Source of the DNA: Diplonema japonicum
Lineage: Eukaryota; Protista; Euglenozoa: Diplonemea
Direction: 5' to 3'
Assembly (NCBI GenBank): GCA_964019335.1
Contig: OZ025649.1
Span: forward strand, 558,001-622,000
DNA: 64,000 bases
Shown: piece by piece, positions 32,564 to 44,507 of the stretch
Layout of the letters: the number at the start of each line of letters is the position of its first letter
How positions within the stretch are numbered: the stretch's first letter is position 1
Notes under the pieces: model-generated
Databases searched by the model: none
Seen by the model: only the letters and a program-made list of their open reading frames with translations
What the model was told of the DNA's origin: nothing
Position numbers and translations under genes: made by a program

Positions 32564-32762
32564 AGAAAAAGAAGTGGAGCTTTCCCCCCCATTTTTTTTT
32601 TTATAGAATTCTTTTTTTTTTTCCCGGCAACAGAAAATTGGTTTTTATGGTGTCGTGTGTTTCATTAAGTAGTTTTTTTTTTCCCCCCAAAAAAAAGGAG
32701 AATGCAATTCCCAACTTCGTCCGTATGTCAACATTCACCCCTTTTTTTTTCTTTTTTTTTTC

Positions 32763-32803
32763 CAGGCGTCCTGCCACATACCGCAGGTACCCTTAAATGT
32801 CTC
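32763..32803 (+). repeat. Dispersed intergenic module B, copy 2
   Basis: CAGGCGTCSTGCCACATACCGCAGGTACCCTTAAATGTCTC between poly(T) tracts. Confidence 0.9.
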
Positions 32804-33463
32804 TCTTTTTTTTTTTTTAGCGAGATTTTAATCGAGACCAACTGATGGCAGCGTAATGAGCTATTTTAATAGGTAAAATTCTGCTCGTGCGCACAAACAT
32901 ATGAAGCGCCAAACTAGTTTTTTTTTTTTGTTTTTTTTTTTTTTTTTTAAATGTCCCCTGGCTCTTGCGAGCAATCTTTAGAAATAAGAAGAGGGAACGA
33001 GCGAGAAAAAAAAAAAGATTTTTCAGTTCTTTTTTTCTTGCAACAAAAGAGACAGGACACAGAAAAATAGAATGATACTTTTTATGGATGGAATGATATT
33101 TTTTATGGATGCCCCCCCCCCCCCCCCAGTAAAAGAAAACAAAAAAGCGCTTCTTCTTCTTTTTTTTCTCTATCCCGATAAAGTAAATCTCTGTGTCCAT
33201 TTGAAAAAAAAAGAAAATACGTTACTTTAATAAAAAGGAGGAGAAAAAGGAAACAAAAAAGAAATTAAAAAAAAAAGAAAATAGGAAGAAGGAAATGCTG
33301 CGTTTATTTTCCAATCTATCTACCCTTTTTTTTTTCGTGCCAATTTTTTCCCCCCCTTACCCCCCCCCCCCCCCTCTCCCCTTTGGTTTTGTTACTGGTT
33401 TTTATACTTTCTTTTCCCTTTTTCTTTTTTGCCAAAGAAAAAGTACGCACACTCATATAAAAT

Positions 33464-34045
33464 ATGCTACCTTCCATGATCACTGACATGGAGCTGTTGT
33501 CGCTGAAGCAACAAGAGCTTGAGGCGTACACGGATCTCACAGCACAGAGAAAGGAGGAACGAAAGGAGGAATTGGAGAATCTCGTGGAAGCGGTTCTTCA
33601 GAAAAAAGAAGAAAGCGATGCTGTATTGAGCGATTTGAAAAAAAAGCTACAAGAAGAAGAGGAACGCCATGAACAGGTTGTCACCTTGATTAAAGAGGAA
33701 ATGGAAGCAGAGGCGGCCCGGTGTGTGTTGGAGGCAGGGCAGAAAGAGATCGAGATCATTTCTTGCCAGCGGGCCCACGCCTCCTCACGGTCACAAGAGT
33801 CCCGGCGCCTCGCAAAGCTGTCTTCTTCCGTGGAGCAGCTCAAGAAGAAATGCAACACTGCCGCAATCGCAGCCGATGACCTCCGAACGCTTCCTCAGCA
33901 CAACCCCAGCGGCCGCGTTGTCCCCTCCTCCCGCGGGGGAACCCCCAACAGCGGAGCCCCACAGCAAACCACCACAAAGAGAATCCAACAGCTTGGCATT
34001 CTTGACGAAATCGACCGACTCGTGGCCACAAACATGGTTGCCTGA
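33464..34045 (+). CDS. Coiled-coil hypothetical protein
   Basis: 193 aa, E/K/L heptad-rich. Confidence 0.72.
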   Translation: MLPSMITDMELLSLKQQELEAYTDLTAQRKEERKEELENLVEAVLQKKEESDAVLSDLKKKLQEEEERHEQVVTLIKEEMEAEAARCVLEAGQKEIEIISCQRAHASSRSQESRRLAKLSSSVEQLKKKCNTAAIAADDLRTLPQHNPSGRVVPSSRGGTPNSGAPQQTTTKRIQQLGILDEIDRLVATNMVA

Positions 34046-34089
34046 AGAATTTTTAAAAAAAAGAGTTAAAGTCCCCCCCCTCCTTGGGC

Positions 34090-35042
34090 CTATGCTGGCA
34101 TGGAAACGCGTTTCCATGCACTTCTTGAAAAAAAGGGAAACGGAAACGGAAACGTTTCCCTATTTTGGGGCCGTTTCCTTGGGGCAGAAACGTTTCCTTA
34201 TTTTGGGGGTTTTAGAGACTTATTTTTTTGGGGGCAAATCACTCGGAAGACGAGACAAAGGGGGCCAGTGTTGGTGGCGCCCTGGGGAAATCTTCTGGGT
34301 TTCGATGAAGGATGCGATTGTGGCATCCATTTTTTGAACAGCGTCGTCAACCAGCCTTCCGCTCAGAGCTTTCCTGTCCGGTAGCTCGTACGTGTCCCCG
34401 AGCGGAAGGCGCTTCACCTTCTCAAACAGTGCCTTGAATGTTCTGTGAACAGAAAATATGAGAAGACACGAAACATGGGGTCCCAGTTTCGAGAAAGAAA
34501 TCCCGAACAGCCCTGTCCACGTCGTCTGGCGTGCTTGTAGCAGTTAAAAATGGCGTCCTTGGCCTGTTCTCCACTTTACGCTTCTTCGTTCCCTCTGCCT
34601 CAGCCTTCGCCTCCGCTGTCGCTTTCTCCAACAGCTTCTTGTGGGGCTCCACACTATCCCCTTTGGGGACACACGTCGCTACTCCTTGGCCTTTTGTTTG
34701 GAACATGTGGGCGCGGAGTCTGCTGGTTGACGCTACTGTGAAGACCATATCACAGAAGCGACATTTTACTGTCTTCTTCTTCCCATCCTCCGCCTGAACC
34801 TCCACCCCATCCCACAAAGCGCCTCCCAGGGGGTGCTTTCTCTGGACCATGTTTACTTTCGTTTTTGTAGAGACCGACGTGCGCTTTCCTTCTAAAACCC
34901 CAAAAGTAAGTATCTTCAAAAACCCCAAATAAATAAAGACCTTCTAAACAGTGTTTACCGAAATATACATAGCCGTTTCCATGAGAATTTTGAAAACATG
35001 GAAACGGAAACGGAAACGTTTTCACGTTTCCTGCCAGCATAG
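34090..35042 (-). mobile_element. Internally deleted hAT DNA transposon (953 bp)
   Basis: TIRs CTATGCTGGCA(T)GGAAACG at both ends; 8-bp TSD CCTTGGGC (34082-34089 and 35043-35050); subterminal GGAAAC repeats; BED-finger ORF inside. Confidence 0.93.
34290..34850 (-). pseudogene. hAT transposase N-terminal fragment (BED zinc finger plus following helices)
   Basis: W..VKCRFC..SRLRAH..C; DRAVRDFFLETGTP; after a frameshift TFKALFE..YELPDRKALSGRLVDD; no DDE domain present. Confidence 0.85.
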
Positions 35043-35174
35043 CCTTGGGCAGGTGTTTCCATGCCTTCCTATTTTTTTTTTTAATGTAGTGTTTCCTTAA
35101 AAAGTAACTTTTGTCTCCAACGAATTTCTTTTAGAAAAAAAAGAGGAAAAGAAAGTGGGGAACGGATAGGATAA

Positions 35175-36266
35175 ATGCTCCGCAGAACAGTAGCCACGCG
35201 GGCGGGGCAGGTGGTGAAGAGCTGGGCAGACCCCACAGAAGACGATCTTCGAGCGGAGATTTACAAAATATTTTCGGAGAAGGAACCAGGGAACCCCATT
35301 GCGTGTAGCCTTGGGGTGTTGGGGGCCGGGATGCTAGGAGACCTAGAGTTGTACAACTGGGGGAAGAAGATACTAGCAGAAGATCTCGGGGTGCCCGGGT
35401 TGGGCCTACTAAATCACAACGAAGCGACGAATGATGAACTGTGGAAGGCGGTGAATGATGCCTGCGAGCAGTTCGACAACCATTTGGGGCCACGGGACGT
35501 GAGGCTGTGGATGCTTGGCAGGCTGGCTATGGGCGCGGGGTTCATGTGTGACGAGGCCACTGCATCAACAGCAGCTGGTGTTTTATACAAGAAGCTAAAG
35601 TACGCTACCTCGATGGCGTTCCCTGAAGTGTGGGCTGCAGGGTACCATCTACAACATCGGGGCCGCACCACAGCGGGTTCAGACAAGCAGTTCCAAAGCT
35701 CCCCCGGAGGGGTGCACAAGGCAAAAGACGCATTTGGTGTTGAGCTCAAGCGGCTCCACACAATGGTCCGAGCGCTCCCCATAACAGCAGACCCAGGCAG
35801 TGTGATGTGGTCTCGTGTCATGCTAGTCCACGGGGCGTGTGCGTCGACAGCCCGTGAACATTGGGGGCGCTTGCAGTGGTGTCTTGACCTCACGCACCTC
35901 CCTGTGTCTGACTACAAGGCGTGGGCGTATGCTATGCTGTCCCACGCTGCAGCGTCTTCTGGCCACGCTACTGATTCGTCTGAACTGGCACAGAAGGCCA
36001 TGCACATCCTCCGTACCGTCCCTGCTTCGCAGCTCGCCCCCCACGAGGCCATGCTCACCACATTGCAGCTCCGCACCGCTTTCATCGATCTCCACCGTTC
36101 CGAGCCAAAGCTCTCTAAAAAAACAGCAAAGAAATGCATCCCCAACCTCCCATTCGTTGTCAAAGGCAAGCCTCCTAAAATGCTCGGTGTGCCCCGATAC
36201 GGCACCTTCCGACTTAGGGACTACCAGCCCATCTTCATAGGGGACGGGGTTGTGAGCGGTATATGA
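35175..36266 (+). CDS. Hypothetical protein with predicted mitochondrial presequence
   Basis: 363-aa ORF starting MLRRTVATR, a typical euglenozoan presequence pattern. Confidence 0.75.
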   Translation: MLRRTVATRAGQVVKSWADPTEDDLRAEIYKIFSEKEPGNPIACSLGVLGAGMLGDLELYNWGKKILAEDLGVPGLGLLNHNEATNDELWKAVNDACEQFDNHLGPRDVRLWMLGRLAMGAGFMCDEATASTAAGVLYKKLKYATSMAFPEVWAAGYHLQHRGRTTAGSDKQFQSSPGGVHKAKDAFGVELKRLHTMVRALPITADPGSVMWSRVMLVHGACASTAREHWGRLQWCLDLTHLPVSDYKAWAYAMLSHAAASSGHATDSSELAQKAMHILRTVPASQLAPHEAMLTTLQLRTAFIDLHRSEPKLSKKTAKKCIPNLPFVVKGKPPKMLGVPRYGTFRLRDYQPIFIGDGVVSGI

Positions 36267-36493
36267 GCGCCTTCAGCGAAGAGAAGGTTATTTTTCCTCG
36301 TCTTCTTTTTGTATTTCTGGTGGGTTGTTGCTAACACTTCTCCCCATCATATCGAAAGAACTTTTTTTTTATTCTCCGAAGCTTAAGTACAATCTGCCAT
36401 GTTGCACTAGCCTTCGTGTCTGTGCGTCTAAAGAAAAAGAAAATTACGAAGTGCGAGTGGGAAACGTGTAAAAAAAAAAAAAAGAAAAAAGAA

Positions 36494-37303
36494 ATGGTTA
36501 AACAGAGGCCTGTCAAGCCTGCAGCAAAGCTGTCACTTCCCAAAGTGAAGAAAGTGAACAAGAAACTACTGAGCGGCGAAGCCTCTCTAGAGCACACAAC
36601 AGTCTTCGTAGATGATGACGTGTGGTGCAGTGTGTATGAAAGCGGCATGGGGGTCCCGAAGGGACAAGTGAAGAAGCGAACCAACGAAGTAAGCTGCAGC
36701 GTGGAGTGGCAGGTGACTGTATGGACCATGCAACCGGACATGGAGGTTGTATCAGAGATGAAGGAAATCTGCTTGCTTGTTATCATCCTGCGCAATGAAG
36801 TGGTCAAGACGCTCGGCAAGAGTCTTGAAGCCTTTGTACAACGGGCAACTCGTGACAAGAGAGCATATGTGATTCTGGAGGGCGTGCCTTCACCGAAGAT
36901 CCTCACGCCTTGTACGTCTGCGAATATTGTTTCTGTGCGGTGCTCACCAAGCCAGGCAGCTACAGCAGACGTGCTGCGCACCTTAACTCAGTACGTAGCG
37001 AAAGCACCATACAAGGCTCATGCATATGACCCAAAGGTGTATTCAGAGGTGTCGCCAGGGCTGATCTATCACCGAATGTTGTCAACTATCTCTGGGCTTG
37101 GCCCGGCGGCCATCCGTGCTCTTACTGATGCGCATCCATCTCTCCACTCTCTCCTTGCCCTCTACGCCACCGACTCCATTTCCGAAGCCGATAAACGTCT
37201 CGTCTTCCAAGACATCCCACTCGATGACACCCGCAAGCTGGGTCCTGCCCTCTCCACCGCCATCTACTACGCCTTCACAGTTGGGTCACTATCCCCTGCA
37301 TGA
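36494..37303 (+). CDS. EME1: EME1/Mms4-like non-catalytic subunit of the MUS81 endonuclease
   Basis: VILEG, TQYVAKAPYK, RMLSTISGLG..A..HPSL.SLL..Y, RKLGPALSTAIY (tandem HhH typical of EME1). Confidence 0.75.
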   Translation: MVKQRPVKPAAKLSLPKVKKVNKKLLSGEASLEHTTVFVDDDVWCSVYESGMGVPKGQVKKRTNEVSCSVEWQVTVWTMQPDMEVVSEMKEICLLVIILRNEVVKTLGKSLEAFVQRATRDKRAYVILEGVPSPKILTPCTSANIVSVRCSPSQAATADVLRTLTQYVAKAPYKAHAYDPKVYSEVSPGLIYHRMLSTISGLGPAAIRALTDAHPSLHSLLALYATDSISEADKRLVFQDIPLDDTRKLGPALSTAIYYAFTVGSLSPA

Positions 37304-37402
37304 CATCCAAAAGCATGCTTACAGTGCTGGTTCTCCTATGTGTTATTCATGCAATTCACTTTTTTTTCCTTTATTCAAACCAACAAAATAGCAACTTAAT
37401 GA

Positions 37403-39808
37403 ATGCCGATCTTTAAATACACATGGAGCTTGCTCTTGGGGCGTCTGGTTCTGCCCTTAACAGTGGTATGTGGGTCTAACAGGTGTGTTTTACCTTTCTG
37501 CTGTAGATCGCGGCAGCGTTTTCGCTTGCGGGGAATTTGAACCTTTCCAACGAAGCCGATGCTGCGATACAACAACGAGTTAGTGAAGAAAGCAGGCTAG
37601 CCACGAAGGCAGTGAATGAGTATGCGTGTTTGCGCGTCGTTCACCTTATCCAGGGCGCTTGTTTATGTCTTCGAGGATCTAAGGCAAGGTGTGAACGGTG
37701 CCAGCCAGCTGGTGCGTCAGTCGAAACAGTTTGAGCCCGAGCTGGAAGTGGCACCGTACATCTATCAACACTATTTCGTTTCCATCATCACAAGCAGCAA
37801 ACGAAGCTTCATGAGTGTCAGGCTGGTAAAAATACAAGTGGGTTCGAGCATGCCTTGGAAAGACGCTGACGGGTGCATTGGTGAGGAGGTCAGCCTAGAA
37901 GACGGCCTACTGAACTACTACGTGTACGTCCCTACACTAAATGGGAGCCAACAACTCCACGACCCGGAACAAGGTGTGTACACGATGGTGAAGTTTGACG
38001 GCGCCACTGGGGAGTGGGTCGCAGGCGGGGAACACAAAACATGCGACGCTGCTGACATCACAAAAGAGTTGCCCGACTACTACCTAGGGCAGTGGACGTC
38101 AAGCATAACACATTCTGAAAAGTACACACAGGGCGATCATTCTGAGGTCAAGATGCATGCGGAGTACTACAAATCGTCCACTGCGACCACCACATCGGCC
38201 TTCCCAGCATACGACATGATCACAGGAGGGGGGATTGAGCACGAGCACTGGGCGGGGTGTCTCCATATGGTCGTCCAGCCTGACACGCTGCTGACCTTGC
38301 ACGATGGTGTCACTGGTGTAATCTTGGCTCACAGCCTATCCCATACGATACCGTACGTGGAGTGCGGCCAAGGTGGCGTGTCTGTGTGCGAGGCTCCTGC
38401 CAGCTTTTTAGGAGCGACTGTTGAACAAGCATTTGGGATCGTGTCCTCGTCTGGTTTGCGGGAAGTCTTCACGACAGCAACGCTGCCAAGCACCTCGCTG
38501 ACCACCGCGACTGGCAGCCTTCGTGTCGACCTCAAGGGCGGCGAGTACCACATCCGCTCCGACATCGTGTACGAGGGGTACAGGAAGCTGACTGTCATCT
38601 GGCTGCGTCCTGTGAGCGTGTCGAAGAAGAGTGTGAAGGACGCTGCCAATAGTGCTGTTGTGCTCTCCGTCATGATCTTTGTAGTAGGTTTATTGTTCGC
38701 TGCTGTGGATATCGTTCTCACAGGACGCCCGCTGTCCATCCTCACTACTGCTGTGCGCTACCTCGAGGACTATGACACCACAGCCTGCATGGACCACCTC
38801 AACCGCATCAACCGCTTCTGTCTTCTAGACATCGGGGGGCTCCATACCGCCCTTTGCGCTTCCGTCACTGACCTCGCTTATTACAAGTCTTACCTGCCCA
38901 AGTCGCTGTTCTTGGACGAGTTCGACAGCACTGACGAGACGCCGGACACGCCGAACAGCGTCGTCACCCTGTCGACAGCCTGCTATGTCGATAAGGTTGT
39001 GATGCGCGTTTCGATTCTGCCAAAAGGCTGTGTTGCTACTATACACGCACCGGTGATAGTGGACAGTGATGTGTCTACTGTTGTAGCGAGGTACAGTGAG
39101 TTCATCTCAGCTGTGGAGCCTTTGATCTCTAGCAGTAACGGTTGCCTGCACGCATTGAGTTACAGCGACCCGGATACGTTGTGCGCCTCGTGGGGCATTG
39201 TGATAAAGTGCAAGACGCCATGCCTTCGTGCATGCAGGGCCGTGGGGAACATGCAGTTCAACAGACTGGCCTGCGGCGTAGCAAATGCGAAGGCGCATGC
39301 TGGGAACCTGGGGAACAACAGCATACGAGGCTTTGTGTTGATGGGGCCTGCTTTGGAGGGGGCGTATAGTTGTATGGAGGTGAGCAAGGATCTTTGCAGG
39401 AATCTGCTGCGGTCTTACTGCGTGATAACGCTGCAGGTGCAGCACACGCTGAGCAACAAGTTCAAAACGTTCCCAGTGGCGTTGGTTGCATTGTCAAGCC
39501 ATCCCTCTGTCGTGTATGCATTGGGCGAGCGGCAGAACTTCGATGAGCGCAGCAAACAACAATGGATTATGCAGGTGGAGGCTGCCACATCAAGCCACGA
39601 GGAGCTTGTCACGTGCATCACAGGCATCATCACCGGCACCACCACTACCAGTGATATCGATGCACTAATTTCAAGTTATGACAACCCGATTTCGCAGCTG
39701 AGCGACTTGGAAACGCACGTCTACAGAAGACTGCAGCAAGTTAGGAAAACACCAAAAGATTTCGTTCAGGTATACCATGTGAGGAAGCTGTCGAGCTGGT
39801 CGGAGTAG
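37403..39808 (+). CDS. Receptor-type adenylyl/guanylyl cyclase-like protein with degenerate catalytic domain; introns 37466-37506 and 37620-37653
   Basis: Two small GT-AG introns join an N-terminal TM to the 730-aa ORF; extracellular domain, second TM, HAMP-like RPL..YKSYLP, cyclase remnants CGVA..AGNLG..FVLMG. Confidence 0.78.
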
Positions 39809-39973
39809 GGACCTGACACCTGACACCACTTCTGTGGTTTTTTTTTTCTTTTTTTTCTTTTTTTCTTTTTCCGAGTTTTTTTTATATAAAGAAAAGAAAC
39901 AAAAAACAACACACACAAAAAAAAAAAAGAAGATTTTACAAAAAAAAAAAAAAAAAAAGAAAACAACAAAGAA

Positions 39974-40654
39974 ATGATGATGAACGAGACTTATGATGTT
40001 GAAGACCAGAAGCGTTCGCCCTTGATTTCAGGCGATGTGCGGGAGGTGACCGCGCACATCAAAGAGGTGTACCTGCACTTGACAGGTTTACTAATGATGG
40101 CGGTGATGGGGTGTTTGTTGCAGATGAAATCTGGTGTGATGAACATGGGCGCGCCATTCCTAGGGGCTCTGGCGTGCTTGGGGTACGTGTACTGTGGCAG
40201 CAACCAATCGCTTAGGGTGACAATGTTTCTAACCTTTGGGTTTCTGGACGGGTGGATGGTAGGGCCGTTGATTACTATTTTGCAAGCTCCCCCATCGACA
40301 GTTCTTACAGCACTGGTTCTCACGACAATTCTGTTCCTTTGCTTCACACTGTCGGCTATGTACGCAAAACGCCGTTCCTACCTGTACCTAGGAGCGATTC
40401 TTTCCAGCTGCATTATCGGCCTTCTCGTAGTGTCTGTTGTGAGCATTTTCCTGCAGTGGAAGTTCCTCTGGGCCATTCAAATCTATGGCGGACTTGTTGT
40501 GTTCTCTCTCTATGTCGCCTACGATACGCAGGTTATGATAGAAAGAGCCAACAATGGCTTGAGAGACCCCCTCTATGACGCCATTGATCTTTTCATCGAT
40601 TTCATGGCGATCTTCAAAAGGCTTCTCATCATCCTGAGCGACAGGAGTGATTAA
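39974..40654 (+). CDS. BI-1: Bax inhibitor-1 family (TMBIM6-like)
   Basis: HIKEVY, AKRRSYLYLG, YGGLVVFSLYVAYDTQVMIERA, LFIDFMAIFKRLLIIL. Confidence 0.92.
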   Translation: MMMNETYDVEDQKRSPLISGDVREVTAHIKEVYLHLTGLLMMAVMGCLLQMKSGVMNMGAPFLGALACLGYVYCGSNQSLRVTMFLTFGFLDGWMVGPLITILQAPPSTVLTALVLTTILFLCFTLSAMYAKRRSYLYLGAILSSCIIGLLVVSVVSIFLQWKFLWAIQIYGGLVVFSLYVAYDTQVMIERANNGLRDPLYDAIDLFIDFMAIFKRLLIILSDRSD

Positions 40655-41079
40655 GAGTAGTGTTTTATTTATATATTTTTTTTTATTATTATTTATTATT
40701 TTTCTTTTTTTTTTTCTTTTCCGTATTCACACCTAACCCTTTTTTTTTTTTTTTCTGACTTGCATTATTATTTATTAGAGAAAACAAAAACAAAACAAAA
40801 AAAAAAGATTACTAGTACCAGTACGTTTTTTTTGTAATTAATTTTTTTTATTTTTTTTTTCTCCATTTCTTATTTCCCCCTCTCCCGCAGGAAGAAAAAC
40901 GAGCCCCCTTCTTTTTTTCCAACCCCCGTAGAAAAAACAGGCCAGGGGAGTGGGACGGAAAGAAGGGAAGGGAGGAAACAAGGCGGGAAAAGAAAACGAA
41001 AGGAAAAAAGAAAAGAAAAAAAAAAATACTACAAAGGTCCTTTTTTTTTTTTTTTTTTTAAGAAAATATTATTTATGAG

Positions 41080-41127
41080 GATGAGAACAAGGGGGCGTCT
41101 CGCAAGGACTTCCTTTAACTCATATAT
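41080..41127 (+). repeat. Dispersed intergenic module A, copy 2
   Basis: GATGAGAACAAGGGGGCGTCTCRCAARGACTTCCTTTAACTCATATAT. Confidence 0.9.
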
Positions 41128-41435
41128 ATTAGTTAATTCTTGTATCTGCCAAAAGATGACATCCACCTTTAAAAGAAAAGAAGCTCCAAAAAAGAAATAA
41201 TTTTATTGCTTTATTGCCTTTTCCCCATTTCTCTCTAATTTAACTAATAATGTTTGATTTATCTTTATTTACCTCAATCTTCCCCCAATTTTGGTTTTTC
41301 TTTTTTTTTTTTTTTTTTTTTTTTAAATCCAGTTGCTCACGTAAGGACACACAACTTCTCTTGTTACTGCGTTGCGCAATTTTAATACAAGACTCAGTTA
41401 GAAGAGAAAAAAAAAAGAGAAAAAAAGAAATCACA

Positions 41436-43238
41436 ATGGAACCAATTAGGGTGTTTGCAAGAATCCGGCCAAAGGAGGACAGTAAGGAACCCCGATGCTT
41501 TCCCAATGGAAGGGACTCAATAGTGATTGAAAGAAATTCATTTGATCAACCAGTATTTAGATTCCACAGAGTCTTTGGGGAAAACACAAGTGAGCAGGAA
41601 GTCTTCGATCAGGTTCTTACAGATAAGATAAAGGACTGCTTCAAAGGGTACAAAACGAGTGTTCTATGCTACGGCCAGACCGGCTCCGGGAAGACGCATA
41701 CCATCCACCACCTCCTCCTCAAGACCATCGAAGGGATTTTCGCCAAGGAATGTGATGTTAAGATGCTCTACCTGCAGGTTTACAAAGAGGTCATGACAGA
41801 TGTAGTCACGGGGGAAACAGTGCTGGTGAAGAAAGACCGACATGGCGTCACAAACCTTCAGAACTGCTCATGGCAGCCTATCCCCACGCAAGAGGAAGCC
41901 CAAGCCTTCCTTGCGTCATGTGACGAAAAGCGTAAAACAGCAGCCACACAAATGAACGCCAGTTCCAGCCGCAGCCACGCTTGCATCGTCTTCGCCGTCA
42001 CGCTGCCCACAGGGGAACAGGGGACCCTCTCCCTTATCGATCTCGCTGGCTCAGAGAAATTCGCCAAAACGCAAGCAACAGGCGAACGCTTCGACGAAGC
42101 AAGATACATCAACCAGTCCCTTGTGTGCCTGGGTTCCGTGGTTGCAGGGCTTGCAGCCAAGCTTCCGCACATTCCCTTCAGAGAGTCTATCCTAACACGG
42201 TACCTTGAGGACACACTGGCGGGGCACGGCAGGGCGGCTATCATCATCACGCTGCACCCTGATGCTAGGAACGTCCCTGAGAGCATCTCGACATGCCAGT
42301 TCGGGTCCCGCGCCATGAAGGTGTGCACAAAGAAGCCCAAAGTTCAGGAAGCCGGGCCTATTGACTGGGAAGCAAAATGCAAGGAACTCGAGACGCAACT
42401 GTCTGGGTATACAGATGTGCAGAACTACACAAAGCTGGTTGCCGACCAGTTCGAGTTACGTGTAGAAAACTCCAACCTCAAGAACAAGACAGCAGAGCTG
42501 CAGAAGGAGCTTGAGGGGGTAAGGGCACGGACCTCACAGACAACCAGCCTGGAGTCACACCTCAACCAGTCGTCGAGGCGGATAGAAACACTGAACAAGA
42601 AGATGCTAGAAGCCAGACAAACCATCCAAAAAGAGCAGGCGCAGAATAAAGAGCACAAGGAGTACATTTTCGCACTGGAGAAGATGGTCGAGCAGCTTGA
42701 AAGTACAGCGGAGAACACAGAGCAGCTCACGTGCAAGTTACAAATGGAAGCACGTGGCGTTGCGAAATCAGAGTACAAAGAACGGCTGCTTACTTTAGAG
42801 GAGAAGCATAGCCATGTTGTGAGGAGGTACGAAACAATGCTTCGGGAAAAAGAACAGGTGCTGATAGAAAAGGAAGAGGAAGAGATGGTAATGACTGAGA
42901 AGCACAAGCAGGCAATGAGAAGCCTTCAAGAAGGACACGATGCTCGGCTCGGTGCGCTTCAGAAGATCCTTGATGCAACGAAGGAGTCGTGCAGCCTGGA
43001 GCTGGGAACCATGAACCAAAAGGTGTCCGCTGTCATTGCAGAAGTCACGGAACGCGAGCTGAGCCTTGCAAGAGAGAAGGGGCTCTATGCTGCAGACAAG
43101 GAGGCGACACATGCGGTGATTGAAAACTTCGCACAGAAAGCGGCCAAGTCAGACAAGGTAGTCAAGGAGCTGACAGAAGAAGCAAAAGCACTCCGAGAGA
43201 GACTCGACCTTTGCGACACCGCGAACAGGCGCCAGTGA
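41436..43238 (+). CDS. Kinesin with N-terminal motor and coiled-coil stalk
   Basis: IRVFARIRP, YGQTGSGKT, NASSSRSH, LIDLAGSE, HIPFRESILT. Confidence 0.93.
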   Translation: MEPIRVFARIRPKEDSKEPRCFPNGRDSIVIERNSFDQPVFRFHRVFGENTSEQEVFDQVLTDKIKDCFKGYKTSVLCYGQTGSGKTHTIHHLLLKTIEGIFAKECDVKMLYLQVYKEVMTDVVTGETVLVKKDRHGVTNLQNCSWQPIPTQEEAQAFLASCDEKRKTAATQMNASSSRSHACIVFAVTLPTGEQGTLSLIDLAGSEKFAKTQATGERFDEARYINQSLVCLGSVVAGLAAKLPHIPFRESILTRYLEDTLAGHGRAAIIITLHPDARNVPESISTCQFGSRAMKVCTKKPKVQEAGPIDWEAKCKELETQLSGYTDVQNYTKLVADQFELRVENSNLKNKTAELQKELEGVRARTSQTTSLESHLNQSSRRIETLNKKMLEARQTIQKEQAQNKEHKEYIFALEKMVEQLESTAENTEQLTCKLQMEARGVAKSEYKERLLTLEEKHSHVVRRYETMLREKEQVLIEKEEEEMVMTEKHKQAMRSLQEGHDARLGALQKILDATKESCSLELGTMNQKVSAVIAEVTERELSLAREKGLYAADKEATHAVIENFAQKAAKSDKVVKELTEEAKALRERLDLCDTANRRQ

Positions 43239-43334
43239 CCTATGTACATGTGTTATATTGAATAAAATAGATATAAAGTAGATGTTATTCACACCCCACC
43301 ATGCCCCCATGTCTCCGCATTGCAACAGGCGACA

Positions 43335-44364
43335 ATGAGCGACGCCGACGGATACAGCACAGATTCGGAGTCTTATAGTAGTGGAGAGGGGAACGAACAA
43401 GCCGAGAGCGAGAGCGACAAGAGCAGCGCGTCTCCGAAAAGCAGCTATAACAGTAAACCTAGCAAAAGTGACGAGAGTGAAAGCACCGATTCAAACAGTT
43501 CCTACAGTTCGGACACAGACACCGATGGAGGCGTGCAAGAGAGCGACAGTGCCTCAATGCGGGATGCTGCAGGAAACGAACCAGAGCAAGCCCGTGAAGA
43601 GGCAGGAGGCAGCGACAAGGAAGTAGAATATGAAATAGAGGAGAGAGAGGAGGCAATTGAAATAGAGGAGAAAGAGGAGGCAATTGAAGCAAGTTTGCCG
43701 ACAGAAACCGACAAAACCAGCAAAAGAGCTGCGGAGTCTTGCAAAAGCCCCGCAAAGAGGAAGGCGGAGAAGAGAAAGAACCTTGTGAGCATGAACGTGA
43801 GGCGGCCTGGGGGGACGCCTTCGACACGGTTACCACCCACGACAGCGCCATTCAAAGCGCATAAGGAGGGGGCTGCAGCGCAAAGGACAACAGCGAGGAA
43901 ACGGAATGAAAAGCTGCAGCTCACAAACCCGAAGAATATACAAATAGAGCATACCAATCCCTGTTGTGTCAGGGTTAAGTGGTGGGACCCACCAGGGCTC
44001 TCGAAAGAGATTTTGGCTTCCACACAGTATAAGGTGATGCTGAGCCGCGACAAGGGGCAGACTTTCCCCCTTGTGTATGAGACCACTGGGCGTGTGTGCG
44101 AAATTGACAGCCTCTCACCAAACACCTTGTACCACGTCGTCGTCCTCAGTGTCTTCAGCAAGGACCTGTGCGAGGCCCTGGAACAATCCAAGAAGCACAC
44201 CGCAATGCACTTTGTCACCAGACCCCTTCCGCAGGTCCGCAATCTCCCTCCCACTACTACGAAAACCTCGAGCAGACCCCACGCCCACCTGCCTACTATG
44301 TATGTCTGGTTTTATCCCTTACCAACAACAGGAAACAGAAGTCACCTCTTTACAGCAGGATTAG
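43335..44364 (+). CDS. Acidic/Ser-rich protein with a fibronectin type III domain; predicted introns 44235-44275 and 44300-44331
   Basis: PKNIQI..VRVKW.DPP..YKV..SLSPNTLYHVVV is an Fn3 pattern; two intron-sized GT-AG segments give TPRPPAYY-ETEVTSLQQD*. Confidence 0.65.
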
Positions 44365-44507
44365 AATGCCGTCTTGGCTTGGCAGGTGATGGAGTTGTGT
44401 TTGCGTTCTTTCCAGTACGCACTTTGACTTTTCAGTTGCGTAAACTATTTTTTCTCTTTTTTCTTCTTAAGTTTCCCTTCGTCGACATTGCTTACAAGGG
44501 GAAGCAA

